Of a stretch of 64,000 nucleotides of DNA, positions 34,942 through 49,414 are shown piece after piece; position 1 is the first letter of the stretch; every line of letters starts with the position of its first letter. Source of the stretch: Cystobasidiomycetes sp. EMM_F5 (Eukaryota); the NCBI GenBank assembly GCA_051047955.1, contig JBPGPT010000023.1, positions 1 through 64,000 of the forward strand, written 5' to 3'. The notes below the pieces were generated by a model, which did not search any database, was not told where the DNA came from, and was given only the letters and a program-made list of their open reading frames with translations. Both the position numbers and the translations under genes were made by a program.

Positions 34942-37900
34942 ATGGCGGACCAGCGTCCCCCAGCTGCGCCCAGCATCGTAGTGGGCGCGCTGCGTCCGCA
35001 AATCATCGTGTACAGCTCTCCGGATGTCGACGATATTGCCAGGAGGAACGGGCTCGACAGTCTGGTCCACCTCCTCAAGCCGTGGGAGGGAAGTGTCGAG
35101 CGAGGTGAGGCGAGAATGAGGGATTGCGGCTGATATTGTCCGCGTAAAAGGTCGTAAACTGAAAGGAGCCACACGCTCGCAGTAACACTGAGAACATCAA
35201 CATTCATCTCCCATGTCGCCTCGTCCTTCCCGTTGTTGCTGGAGGACTGGCGTACTTGGGGAAATGCTGAGATGGACGTCAAGTTTCTCGATAAGCTATC
35301 GACGTCTCTCGAGAAACGCGTTGACGGCTGGCTAGAGACAATGACTCCACTGGACCTCGGCGCTGACGGAGATCCGTCACTCTGGCAAGAGGGTACGATA
35401 AAGATTGGACCTTGTTTCAACGTCATGATGTTTCAGCCTGATGTGGTCCCCCCTCATCAGGATCCATTGACGAATTGACACCCTGGTATGCATTCTATCG
35501 GAACATGTTGCTCGAGCAACGTGGATCAACCGCGTATGAGACTTTTGGTCATCCAGTCGCTTGTCAGTGTCGTACCTTATGATCTACCAGGCAACAAAAC
35601 AGTTGATACAGGAAGCCAGGTATCATTGCTGTCTCGACGGCTAATTTGGAGCCGCTGAACGCTTTTGCTGGTCTATACGAGCAGACGTCCCCCGAAAACT
35701 TGTTCGGCAGCAAGACTTACATGGATCCGACAATCCTTCGATACTATGTCCTTGTTCATGATTTGACTACAGGTCCGGCAGACGAGTGAGGCACGCATTC
35801 ACCAGCATTTGCATGCATCGCCTGATGGATGCATATCATGGCTTTGCAGATGGACACCATTGCTTGACGATATCCGCAAAGTCTACGGGCTTCACTGCAA
35901 CTTTCTCTGTCTGAATGCGGAAGCTGCAACTCGTCCTGACTCATCATATGCTAGTCCCTCGGAGAGGCCTTTGCCCAAAACTGTCGACTTTGCACGGCAG
36001 TGGGCAACTCCGGTCCTTGCCGAGTCCGATTCTGGTGTTCGCGTCGGAACTGACGACGTTAATCAGGCGACGCCTGTCGAGCCGGGACACCTGCTTGGAG
36101 AGGAAGATGTGCGGCAGATCAAGCTCTTCTTGCGGGAATTTGTCGTGCAGAGTTTGGTCCCGTATATGGAGCGCAACGTCACTCAGTGGAATGAACAAGT
36201 CAGCCACATACCTATTGGGAATTCCGCAGGTGTGCTGAGGTTGTCTTGTGCACCAACCACAGCTTGCCGCCAGCCGTAAAGGTATCGCAGGTCGCTTGTT
36301 CTCAGTCGGACGCAAGTATTTCGGTTCTCGGCCAGCGTCTCCTGCCGCAAACCATCAGAACACACCATCGTATGACGCAGTGGCAGGACTGTGCGTGCAT
36401 GCAGAAGAGACCCAGAAAACGATGCTGACGACTCATGGATGACAGCTATCCCTATCAATCACAGGAGGGTCAGACGAGACGTCTCGCCGATTTTGCTTTC
36501 ATCGTCTGCGATTATCGCTTAGCAGCGAGCACATATGAAATATGTCGAAAGGACTTCTTGAATGACAAAGCATGGAAGCACTATGCGTCCGCAACCGTGC
36601 GGTATGCCGTTAACGATTCAATCGCTGTGATTCTAACATAGACTTGAGGACAGCGTATGGCTGGGTTGACACATCTTCTGATATCCCTTGGAACATCCGC
36701 GGCGTTATTCGATGCTGATGCCTACCTAGAAGCCGCTGCCGCGGCTACCCCCGGGACATCGATACCGCTTGACGAGCTACGCGCTACTGCTTTAGCATAC
36801 GAACTTTACCAAATGAAAGAGGACTGGTCTTTCGCTTCGATGAGCCTTGAACGAGCCGCCCGAGATGTAAGCGGTCGAGAGCGCTACTGAGGCCGACAAG
36901 CTGACAACAAGCTGACATTCTGTGTCAGATCGAGGAGATTCCCAGCGCCCTTATGCTAGAACAGGCAGCCCTCGCATATCTAAAGAGATCAAGCCCTGCC
37001 CGTCGCAAGTCGGCGCTGACAAGTCTTCTCGCCGCTCATCGGTACCAACGCAGTGCTTTTGTGAGTCCTTCCCTGATCCTCCCATGCCGTAGGAGTCATG
37101 ACCTGAGATTGCCCTTGCGCAGAGGAGTTTGGCTCGGCGATGCGGTATGCAGAGCCTCAGTCTCTTTGGGCAGGGCCCAGAGATCCCGTGGAGATCAGTG
37201 CGAGCTCACATCAATGCCACATTGGGCCAAATGAGTTATAATCAAAGCGACGGTAAATCGGCAGTCAAGCACTTCTTAAGTCTCATACCATGGGCAGAGG
37301 AGATAGATCTTCAAGGCGTCCGTGAAGATGACTCTAGCGTGATGGACAATTTCCGCCTGGCTTGGGCAGTAAGCACCCACGATCGCCTGTACATCGAAGC
37401 CATGGATACGGCTAAAAATCGCATTATTGAGCAGCTACTGGACCCCACAAACAAAGATCAAGCATATGAAGATGACTTACAGCTGCCGCATAGGCTCGTT
37501 GACCATAGCACAATCAGCCTCGCGCCATCCCGATCTGGAGTTCAGGCGGCCGTCAGGACAAATGACGTGGGTTGGCAAGCCCTTGAAGCCGCTTTCCTTA
37601 ACAATGATGACTCTTCGCTCGAGTCATCGCCACTGTCGGCTGGATCCGCGACGTTTAAAATTGCAGTCGGAGGTACGAATGCTCTAATTTGACAACAGAG
37701 ACTTGTGATTTTTGGCTAACGACGTAATGCCAGAGGTGATCAATGTGCATTTTACACTTCAGAATCCATTGAATGCCACTCTCACCATTGCGGACATCCG
37801 TGCTGTATTCGACAATGAAGCAGGCGCATGCAGCTCGATTCCGCTGTCGGCCGTGGATATTCCACCCCTGGAACGGCGGCAGGTACGGCGGCTCTTGCAA

Positions 37901-39909
37901 ATGATTCTCTCGTGCTAACTAGTACTTCAGCTCTCTATACAGGCAAAAGCCGAAAAAGCGGGCAAGTGTAAGCTGGTCGCTTTGGCTTATCGATTTGCTG
38001 GGTTGTTAGAATGTCATGAAACCGTGTCGAGATTGGGCAAGAGGCTGTATGCGACGAAAGCACAGCTTCTCACTCCGTCATATGAGAATGACATCAGTCT
38101 ATCCATAGACATTGATGATCCCTCCCCTCTGCTGGCGATTGATATGCAGAACCTTCCCGCTGAAATGTTGCAAGGCGAGATCAGACGAGGCGAAATACAT
38201 TTCTGCAACATTGGTAGCAAATCAATGCGAAACCTTCGAGCAACTTGCGATGCTCGAGATTGTGTCTTCTTGGATAATGAAGGTAAGCAAAGCAAAACGC
38301 CTCAGCATAACCTCGACTTCGAGTTGACGAGGTTTTTCAGGACGAGAAAATGTCGGCTACAACGCGGCCGGATTGGGGGTTATGATAGACAACCGCATAC
38401 AGACCCATGTTCCGTTTGATGTCCCGCTTCCTCAAGGCCTTTTGGCCCCAGAAGGCCGGATTACCCTTCCATGCCGGCTTATCGCAAACGCTACGGATAG
38501 TGGATCTTTGCTGTGTCGATGGGTTTTCAATTACGAAGATGAGGTACAGGTGGCGTGCTGTTTAATCAACGCACTTGCACTGGCTAATTGCATCCGTCCA
38601 GGTTGGCCGACATTTCACCAGTCATGCCTTACACAGTATAACGGTATTGCCTGCACTATCTGTGTCGATGTGTCTGGATCGCAGCCTGGCCCCACTATCA
38701 TCAGCCTTACGCCTGACTGTTCGAAATATGGCGGATACCCGATTACACGTTGCCGGCGTCTTCTCGGCATCACTAGCTTGGCGGATCCAGCGACTCTCTG
38801 CAATTGGAGCTACTCCGTGCGCGTTATGCACGCAATAAATCTTCGCTGCTAACTTTGAGCAATTTCCGCAGGTTGTTGACAAATCAAACTGGGATTGTCA
38901 CCGCAGAAGTGTGTCGAGAGACGACCTTCCCTAGTCGATATGATGTGTACAGACACACCCTGCAACAACTTGAGGCGCTTCATCTGGATCGAGATACACC
39001 GTCTGTGTCTTCCGATTCGCTGCGACTTCATACGTCCGCTCTGGAAAAGGTGCGTTTGGGGGTGATTGCAAACGCTGTGACTATTATGGTGACCCTGTGT
39101 GCTTGCCCAAATTAGACAGATTGTGGGGATTTGCCGCCCGATTATGCTGTCTGGCTAGCTAGCAAAAGGCAGAGCCGCCTCAAAACTCTAGGCGCACAAT
39201 TACCGACAGATCAGTTGGCAAGGGTGTCAGAGATGTTCCCTCTATTTCTACCTGAGGAGCTTGACGTATGGATCCTGTGGTCAGCGGCCGACTCGGATCA
39301 CCGAGGATGGCTGCATGCAGGTACTTTGCAACCCGGTAACAGGTGTAACGTTGTCGACGGCCTTGTTCGCCAGCTCTCGCAATTCAAGAGCAAAGGACAA
39401 GAAGGGGAGCGCGAGCGAAGGCATCTTGTTGATGCCCTGCTCAGAAGCGAGTTGGCAGCGTTTGATTGTCCCATCGCCGTTACACAAGACAGTGGCAGCG
39501 ACACTGCGAGAAGCAACTGGTAGGTCTCCCGCTGCGCTCGTTAGGCCGAAATAAAGTGACACGAAGTACACAGCGTCAGAACATCGCGGTTACGGTTGCA
39601 GAATTTGGCTAGCGAAGACGTTCAATGCACATTGGAGCTTCTGAGCGAGAGGTTACCGCATCAAACGAGGTACGTGATTCCTCGTCATGAATGCTCTGCA
39701 TGGCTAAACTTTGTTTCTACAGCCAGCCAGCCCGCTGGATTGGACGGCAGCGCCGGAAGCAAACCGTTGAAGCTTGCGGCAATAATGAGATAAGCTTGCG
39801 ATACGTCCTCGAGGCGGAGTCTTGTAACGCCGGAGCCTGGCGACTTAGCGTGGAGCATGAAGGCCGACAATGGATAGTCGACGGAGTGCCCCGTCTTGTC
39901 ACAGCCTAA
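34942..39909 (+). CDS. TRS85: TRAPPIII-specific subunit Trs85/TRAPPC8 (many exons)
   Basis: LLKPWE, TPWYAFYR..YETFGHPVA, LRYYVLVHD, FLREFVVQSLVPYMER, RRLADFAFIVCDYRLA..KDFLNDKAWKHYA, RRKSAL, QNPLNATL. Confidence 0.92.
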
Positions 39910-39970
39910 ATGTCTAGACGGCATACTCAAGCTGTTTGACCGGTTTACAGAGTCGCTGGCGGTACGGCTT

Positions 39971-42900
39971 TCAAATTATGACCTCCGTCTTATCTGGCCG
40001 ATCTATCGACTTGTTCAGGCTACGAACCCTGTCAACTTCACGGTCTGCCTTCACCCGAGCGTAAAGGTTGCCACAATCGATTGAGTCACAAGCCGTGCTG
40101 TCCTCCACAGGGAGTTGCGAGCACGTTGCGCATACTACCCGCACGGCCTGTTGACGGGCCTCGATGCTACTCAGCCGCGTATTCAGACTTAGCTGAGTGG
40201 CCAGAGGGTTGCCCAGACAGGCAGAGCACAGCACAGAATCTTGGCAGCAACATCAGCAAGCACATCTATCTAAACCGCACATTGCACTCACGAGTCGGCT
40301 TCTTTTGTGAACAGACAGGACAGGCCGCCGACTCAAAATGTTGATCAAGGCGCAATCGCGAAGCCTTGTCGCCACCTCGAGCGCTGCCTACCGAGAATTT
40401 CCTCGGTGTCGAGTTCCACCAGTCTTGGGTATCAACGCCAACCAAATTGAGCAAACGGTTCAGCGCTTTGACGATGCGTTCGATGTAGTGCGTGTCGTCC
40501 AAAGCGTTGTCACTGTGGCATCTCAGCCTTTCATACAGGAAATGGAACGATTTATTCCTACTCATTGGCCAAAAATTCTTCGGGCGTCAAAGCTCGGTGC
40601 GCTTGCTTCGCATTCGGGCCGTCGACGCCTTTAGTGATGACATACGGGACTCTTTCACCGTACAAGGCCTCGGTACGGGGATCTGTGAGCATACGCCGTC
40701 CTGTGACTACAGCCCCCGGCGGAGGGATGCCTTTATCTCTGAACGGGGTCGTCATTTGATTGGAAGGCTTACTGACCCATTCTAAGGCACTCACGAATAA
40801 CTGCCCATCTTGACTTCCTTCGCGTAGATGAAATCTTGTGCTGACACTCTCTTTTGCATCATCCGTGAAAATTGTTGCTGGACATAGACTTTGACAGCTG
40901 ACAAGTCAGAGCTGCGGAACAGTATTCTAAGGGCAGCCTTAGCATCAAGAGTCCGTAATTAGATAGTATGCAACAGGCCTGCCCACTTAATACAGCTTTC
41001 GACCATCTTCTGCATTGCGGGGAATCCATCTCGTCGGACAGTCTCGATACCCTGTTCTCCTGTGAGCCTTACACAACCCATTAGAACAGATCCCGCTAAC
41101 TCACCTTAGCATCGAAATCCGCTTCCTGTTGCTTTGCATGCTCATACTTGAAGCCGACATAACGCTTCTTTGCCAATAGAAAGCATGGCAGGTAGACCTA
41201 CGACTAGGCCGTCTGCGGCAGCTTACGACTATGCACAAATGTGACATACCTTTTCGAACTTTAGCTTAACAGGTTTTGGATTCATACTGGTTATGGTATC
41301 GGCTATCTCGTTACCGATGACGAATGCCTCTTCTTTCGATTTGCCCGGCAGGTGCACAAAGAGGGAGTCCGTGTCGCCATACCTGACGATTGCCCCCCAA
41401 TCTTTCCGACTCTGTATGGTGTTCTTAGCCTGCAGACAGATCTCAGTATGCAGATGAACAGTCATCTTCGAGCGTGAAGATCACCCTTTCAAGAGTTTCC
41501 CTTCCAGTCTGCACAATAGCATCCGCAACCTCAACGCATGGCATCCTACCAGAGAAAGTGGCGGATGTATAGCCATACGTTACATTTGCAATAAACTTTA
41601 AGCCGAGCTGCCTTGCATTGAGCAGGCGCTCAAGAGCCTTTTCACTATCGTCGAGCAGCTTCATACTCTTCTTTACCATAACACGCGTGTCCAATATCTC
41701 GGTGAGCATCTTCGCTAGGAGGCTGCGACGAACCTGCGGCTTGACGAACATCATACCGTTTGGCGAAACTGGCGATACAAATAAGCAAATGTACCGATGT
41801 GCTTTCCTTTGAACAAGCTTACTCGTGATATGTTCCTCCAGCAAAGAAAGAGTCCCCGGACGGATTGCGAGAGACGAGGTGCCGAGTCGATTGGTTCCCA
41901 TGAACTCTTTGATCCGCCCTAAGCAGGTCGAGTAGCACAGATTGTATGCGATCATAACTGACGGGTACAGGGATTGGAAGTCGAAGACAAGCACAGGGCT
42001 GCTGTAAAATCCGCTTTCCGGCTCCAGGATCAATGGCATGCATTCGGCTGCATTCTGCCGGCCAACCTAGCATGCTCGTATGTCAGTCTGAAGCTGATCT
42101 ATCCGTAAACACTGCTCACATCCTCGCGGGAGGGCGATGGTAGCATGAAGTTCTCCGGTTTACTGATTTTGAACATGACACTCTCTACTTTGAACTGGGA
42201 TCCACGGGTCAGGACTGAATGGAAGTCTACCCCAAAGACTCGGGCAAATTCGCTGTAGCCGTTCGGTGAGCTGTATGGAACCTACGAGGGCAGCACAAGT
42301 ACTTACGCGTTCCTGGAGACGATTTCTGCTTCTTCGAGAAGGTCTATGACTAATTGTACTCTCATGATGTGGTATTGCATCACTCGAGCGACTAAGCCAG
42401 GCTTCCCGGAAATGTACCAACTAGTCAGAGTCGTGTGGGAGAAGCGAGGCACTCTGAAGAACGGATGTAGCTTGAGAACCGACTATAGGGCTTAGACGCA
42501 AATGGCCCACCTTTGGTGTAGGATATGGAAACATACGTTTTCCAATGAGTACATAGTAAGATTCGCGTCGGACTTCAGTAATCGCCAAACAGGCAGAACA
42601 TGGCGGCCTGTGATACGCAACGTTGACCCCTTGGAGTAGCCCCACCGGTCTTCCATTTTGCTGCCCTTGCGACCCGTTGATTGACTCAAGACGCGACTCA
42701 GCTCCGCAACGATGTCAAGCTCCGGGGCTGCACCCAATCTTCTGCATCAACGATTAATTTCTGAGCAAAGAAGTGCATTCACTGACCGATCTCCTCGGCG
42801 CGCTCAACTAAATAACCCCAACTGTCTTTCAGGACGTCATAGCCGGTGAAAATTTCTGGATCCCATTCTCTGACCTTGTCAATCAACGCCCTGATGAGAT

Positions 42901-45900
42901 CGATCTCGTCGTCAACGACGTCGATCGCGAATCGCGATAGTCCCAGCCGGCGGAAGTTGACACTCGTCGAGTCACCACCCGCTTGTTGGGAAGCAATGTA
43001 GCCAGTGAAAGTTCCCTCTTTGCGGCCATTATCTGGCCGGTGCTCATCTTCATGCTGTAGACAATAGAATATAGCTTGGATTTCATCCTTGGAAGGGTCT
43101 GGGAGCAGATCCCCCCGGGTGTTGATGTGTAATTCGATCCCCAGTGAAGACATGTGCTCCTTCTCTTTCATCACGGCATCTGACGGCTTCGCCTGCGCGT
43201 ACTTGGCGCCGAAAGGATTGGCTTGCGTGGGCCCTTGTACCTTTAGATAGACTGTCAGTTGACGTCGGTTGAGATCCTAAGTCTGTCCGTGTAATACCTG
43301 TGATTGCGCTTTCCACTGTGTATCAAGTATACGTTTTGCTGTCTTGCTTTTCAATTGGAGCGTAGGTCCTGAACAGCACGACTCTCAGAAAGAATAATGT
43401 AGAGCAAGCATAGTTTGTACCTGCACGAACGAGACCGGTCTGACCGGATTCGACATGTCGTGTAAGCCAATCGTTCAGAGCTTTTCGGGATGGGGGCGCC
43501 AGCGCATACTCCCAGCGAGAAAACCCAGTAATGGCATTGGACGTGCTCAAAACAGGTCCAGCGTAAGAGCGTGTACCCGTACTAGTTAAAAATTCTGGTA
43601 GAAATTGGTTTTCGTCGCCTCGATGTACGTAACGTCGTCCAGCGTATTCGAAAGGGTGAGATGGCATATCGGAACTTTCGGACCAGTATGCATCTCGATA
43701 TACTTTGTGGGGCAGATCGTGCTTATCAAGATTTGATAGTAAATCAGATACAGCAGGGGCGGATGGCGCGAATCGCCAATGTTCGGGCACTATATAGTCT
43801 ATACATGTAATTTGTCAATGCCTAGATGCTAGATCGGTACAACCCAACTCACTGGGCGGCGGGCGATCGACTCCGTAGGACGTCGTTGGTTTCGCCTGCG
43901 ACGACTGGGAAGAGGAAGACAGGCTAGATGGCGGTACAGACATCGAGCAAGGCGGCGGTACAGAAGATTCGCTGGTCGACGCCCTTATTTCATCGGAATT
44001 CTGTGGCAACGGTGTCGATGCGAAGCGAACGGTACGCTCTTGCAAAGCTGGACTGTGTTGTACGGCAGGTCCATTCGTAGTCGGTACTTGCTCGATCGGC
44101 GCATCCAAGATCTCGGCAGCGTATTCTGATTCGATGTCACCACCCTGACCGCCTTCTGAGGCATTCACATCGTCATGCATATGCAGCTGGAAAGAACTGT
44201 TTGACCGTACATCGCTTCCGTCCTCGGCATGGACAAGCTGGGTTGGAGTCCATACCTGCCAGGTTGCATTTTGTGGAGACTGGGTACGAGCGGGCACATC
44301 TCTCGCATCAAAGAGTTTTTCCTCTGGACCAAGCTCGTCGCAGCTGCTGCGTGTCGAGAGCGATCCAGCGCGAATTCCATCAATGTAATTCGGCTGTTCG
44401 TCAGATGAACTTGAACCAGATTGTTCGGAAGCGCTGTCTGTAGCGAATGATAACTCAGCCGCACCTGCCTGCGTAGTTACCGCTACCGTGAGTACAGCGG
44501 CGGCCATCTTAGATTTCTTTGAAAGGCGCTGAACGTCGTTATCGGCAATAGAATGCTCTGTACGGCCGCCAAAGTCTAGCATTTGTTGTAATTTGGTTCG
44601 ACCGTGATCCCCGATAGCCCGGAAACCTACAAGGTCATCCTCTCTCTTGCGCTTTGCGCGTGATTCAGTCACAAATGCCGGATTGATTGCCACGTTGCGC
44701 AACTTTGATTTCGCTGGCGAAAACATATTACTCTTCGTAGGGGAAATGCGAGCTGGCCCCACTCGGCCGCTCACAGGAGCGACAGTCGACGCAGTGCTCG
44801 GTCTGCCCAATGAAGTGGCCGCATTTCGCTTCTTCGGAGAGTAAATGGAATCGTGCCTGATTTGGGGTTCAGACTTCGCCGAGCCTGCTTTCATGGGATG
44901 CGGGCTTTGTGCCTCTGCATGATTGGCGCCTGAAGCGGGCTGTTCAAACCCGCTTCTCCTTTCTTGGATGATATTCTCCCGCTCAATTACAGCTAGCAGT
45001 TCTTCTCGGGGCATTATGTCGTCCAGTAGACACAAGTCCGCCTCGTCTGCACTCCAGTCTGGCCGAAAATCGGGATCAGTAGGCACACTTCTTTGCGCTT
45101 TGGCTTTCGAATTCACTGCATCGACGTTTTCATCATTTTGAGAGTCATTGCAGGCCTCGTCAGTAGGAGGCACGATCGGCTTCATCCTTGCGACTCCATC
45201 TGCCGGTGAAACGATGCCAATACCAGGCTCTTCTTCGTTGTCTGCATCCTCCCCATCACTACGCATATCGCCATTCTCTTCAGCGCCATTGACGTCAAGC
45301 CCAAGTTCCTGAGCCCGGACATCATCCTCTTCGGTCCTAAGCAACCGCGCTCGTCCCATTTGGGTTTGTAATTGTGCGAGATATTTGGGATCCACATCCG
45401 CATCGATGGATGCTTCTTCCGAAGCCGAGATTACTGAGACCCCTAGACCCCGGACACCCCATGCGCCGAACGGATTTGACTCCCGCTCATCCCGCTCCAT
45501 AGTCTCCTCAAATAACGCTTCTACGCTCTTAAAGCTCGTTTGTATCCGTTCCATCCAACCACCGACCTTCTCTGTAGGTGCAAAGCTTTGGAAGTCTGGC
45601 GACTGATCGTTTTTTGTGAGCGCGGCATACGCTTTACGATCTTTCGCTAACAAATCCTTGAAGCGCACTTCGTTTGTCGAGTGTGCCTGCCACGGTGGTT
45701 GTGAATCAATGCCAAACATTCTCATGTCAGCTGCTTCACGAGGTCCTGCCGTCAGACCGCCCAAAAACTCGGCACTGTTCTCGCTAACTTGTAAAGGGCC
45801 TTGTAGGCCTTTGAGGACGCGTCGTCGCTTTTCGTCTTCCCACAATTCGCGTACAGAATGTACGAATTTGTAATCATCCGGAATGGGTTTGTTGAGGAAT

Positions 45901-46952
45901 TCGGTAAAGTTTGCATGCAGATTTCGCTCTGCAATGAGATGGCGGTTATTGATCCAAGACACGTGTATGTCGAATTCCAAGGCGGAGTGCGATACTCGAG
46001 ACGGTGAAGACTCGGCGGTCGCGTACATCATCTCAGCGGGAATCGAAGCCCGACTGAGTAGCCTCATTCTTCTGTTTGTGGCAGATTTGTGGTTGTTTTG
46101 AGCTTGGCCAGGCTGCAACCCCCCTTGGTCGCTCTCAATAGAGGTGCCAGAAGAATGTACTTCGTGGTATTCCGGTACTGGTTCTCGAAACTTGGCTCTA
46201 CTGATGTCAACCCAGCCACAACCGTACAGATTACAGTCAAGCATGAATTGTAGGAGAAAGGGAATGTGCGATTCGTACACCGTGAATTTGCTTTGCATAA
46301 TCTCGCCAGAGCGTAGAAGAAGAGCGACTCTGGTCATATATTTGGGGTCCAGGCAGTATATCTTGAGAAAGTATCTGTAACCGACGTGAAAGCCGTAGAA
46401 TGGGATGCCTTTGACGGGGACAATGAAGGCAACGAATTGCGACTTTGAAGGGTCGCGCCTTCCCAGCGATGCCGCCATGCAAACGTTGACCGCTCGTGCG
46501 AGACGGCGCACGTACGTCTGCACGTCATCTGGCGTGACCCTCCCTTGGTACTCGACGTACACGTAGGGCAGAGTCCCGTGAACATGGACGCAGCATCTTT
46601 GCCCAGCGTCAGTCGCGCCGAATATGCGAATCTCTGGCACGCGGTCGACTGTGCATCCCGCTGGAGCAAAGGGTATCCGTCTAGCTGGAATGAACGGGGT
46701 CGTCTTGTCGGCTGGCGTCGGTGCTGGGGGCAAATCCCACGGCGCAGACTGGACACTGTCAATGTATGTTAGACGGAAGCGCAGGAAGGTCCCGCTGTCA
46801 GCTGTTGGCGAGGGTCCTGCATCGAGCTGGGTTGGGCAAGACTCTGGCAGCTTGGTCCCGCTTGAGGCATCAGTCGCAGCTGCAGGGAGTCGGGTGATAG
46901 CAGGCGAGGAAGTCCAGGCTGCGTCCTGGCCGTCACCGACGGCGTCTGTCAT
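39971..46952 (-). CDS. REV3: DNA polymerase zeta catalytic subunit
   Basis: RIFGATDAGQRCCVHVHG, YESHIPFLLQFMLDCNLYG, LELH-like LGIELHINTRGDLLPDP, VFDFQSLYPS, KFIANVTYGYTSATFSGRMPC, YGDTDS, KKRYVG, C-terminal Cys clusters. Confidence 0.98.
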
Positions 46953-47122
46953 GTTTCATGTCCGCATGCTTTGTACCGAGCTGAAGAGCGGAGACACCTC
47001 GCCCAAGCTTCTTTTTTGGTGTGCGCAACAGCTCCCTTGTAACGGCAACTTATGTAACAACAAGACGTAAACTATGTCCACACTCTTCCTCGGGCGATGC
47101 GCCGAGCGAATACTGCATGCTC

Positions 47123-49056
47123 CTACAACCAGCGTCCAGCTCTCGTGCTGCGATAAACCCGATCAGCTGACACTAACGACAAGACGTGGTCCGCGCTCAC
47201 TATGCTAGACCATGCTGCCCATCCGCGCTTCCAGACGCTAATTTGTTTCGACCAGCGTAGACCATGCTGTCGAGCAAGCCGGCAACCGTCAAGACACCTC
47301 CGACAATCGCGCAGGTGGATGTCAGAAAATGAGCAAGGCTCTGTCTTCTCTCGCTGTGTATGACCAGCATTGGTGAAATCTCGTACTATAGAATTGCAAA
47401 TTAGCGAGGTTGCAATCCGCAGATGATGGCTGCACTTGCCGAAAAGAAGACGCCCGGAACGCCAGCAAAGCCGTGACTGGTTTGATGACCACCCTCCTGC
47501 ACTGCCTGACTTCCCGTACTGAGATCACGCTCATAGCTCGTCACGCTGTACTGATGAGTCGACAGTGCTCGCTGATCGAGTGTCTCAAATTTGGTAGAGA
47601 CTACCTTCAGAAAGTATTGAAACATGTAGTTCGATTCTTCAGTGTGCGCTTTGAGTCCGTTGAGCGGGTCTTCGATACCGAGTTGATTTTTCAGACGGTC
47701 TGTTCTGGCTATGTTGCGGTCGAGTTGCTCTTCTTCACTACCGAAACTGAACCGATGTATGCTATATGGCATCCATACAGTAGAAATTAGCGATAATTTC
47801 AGCGTCTCTACAATTCAAACTTACACGTGTCCGAAGTCATGTTTGCTTTCGCTTTGTAAATATGGAACCAGATCGTGCACATGCATTGCGTTTGATTGGA
47901 ATGACCGGCCAGGGGAGAGATGGAAATTGCCAATGCTAAAGAAGTACGAATAAGCGTGACGCACTTGTCGACATCACGTACTCCTACTGACACTTTATTG
48001 ACCCGAACCTTGCCTGCGACGTTGCATCCTTCTGTAGCTTGTTCCTTCAGCTTCACCGAGAAGCCTTCCTGGACGCATTGCTCTATCGAATCCGGGTCGG
48101 TGAAAGACCATCCTCGTCGCACGTACGATTCGCGAACCTCGTCGCAGGTGTTGCAGCAACCGGACTCTGGAGGCTGTCCGCCAAAGCACGACCCGCAGTC
48201 TATGCAATGGCGCGTGTCAATCATTGACCTGCAAAGAAAGAAAGGACCTATGCAATTGCTCACACCCCTCGCCTCTCATCTTGGCCACGCGGTCTAGCTC
48301 CCCTTGCAATTCTGCAGTAACGGGGTATTAGTCAGTAGTAGATACCCTACATAGCAGCCGTATCGCGTACCCTTGCGGCCCGAACTCTCAGCCCAAGATC
48401 CATCCTGGTTGAGACGCGTTTTAGTGATGTCGTGGTTGATGTCTGCACACAATTGCATCAGGATCGAGGCATACACTGCAGTCCGCTAACAGAGTCCAGG
48501 CCTACCATTCTGATGTTCTCCAGAGATGTCCATAATATCTATGCTGAGGACTGTAGGACGGGTAAGAGTGTGACTTGCACCATTTTAGAGCAAGGAGCAT
48601 ACGGTAGCACGGCACTCTGGGAAACGTGACATTCATGTTCACCACGAGCTTTTCTCCGCGAGACTTGTCGACGATCTGTCGAGGCATACATCAGTGAGCG
48701 TATCATGGCGACGTAGCTCTGCGTGAATACTATAGAGGGATGCAGCGAAACTCGTCGGTAGTCGACAAATTCCACAATTGTTAGCAGCGCAATCAAGCTG
48801 AATGATGCCAGGGTGACTAGAGGAAGTTGCGCGTAAGCTTAAACCACAACCGCATTTGCTTCTTGCTTTTCATTTGTCTCTAACGCACGTATTCCACCAA
48901 ACCCAGTCTTGACCTTGACGTCCTCCATCGTCTAAGGACGCAGCGTTGCCGGAAAGCAACTAGTCAGTCATTCTGAGGCTCGCTCCACCTGCAAGCCTGC
49001 CCGACGCGCACCTTGCCAAAGGCATCAAGCCCTTTCAGCATGCTGTTTTTGCCCAT
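47123..49056 (-). CDS. ERV46: ER-Golgi vesicle protein Erv46/ERGIC3
   Basis: LDAFGKTMEDVKVKT, NVTFPRVPC, CGSCFGG..CCNTCDEVRESY..GWSF, GCNVAGKVRVNKV, FQYFLKVVST, PGVFFSYEISPM, CAIVGGVLTVA. Confidence 0.95.
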
Positions 49057-49414
49057 CGCGTCCCGGCCGCTGAGCTTCTCCGGCTTCCAGCTTGACACGT
49101 CCGTCTTCCTAGCCCGTACTGCGTATCCTGACGAGAATCAAGCCCGCTTGATTTATACTGCTCGAAGAGAGCGTGAGGGACCTGCAACTGGCGACGACAG
49201 CCTCAGATCCGCTTGCGAGTCGTTCCAAATACAACCGGAGGCGACTAGTTTCGAAATCTCACATCGAGCGAAGAGGACGTCTTCAAGCCCGGCATCATTC
49301 TTCTCGCATTGTACGATACTAATCTGAGGCCGCACCTAATTTGATTTATATCCGCAGCTTCTGACCTTTGTGAAACAGCTTCAGCGACTTCTGTGTTCAG
49401 CAGCTGCAGACTCT

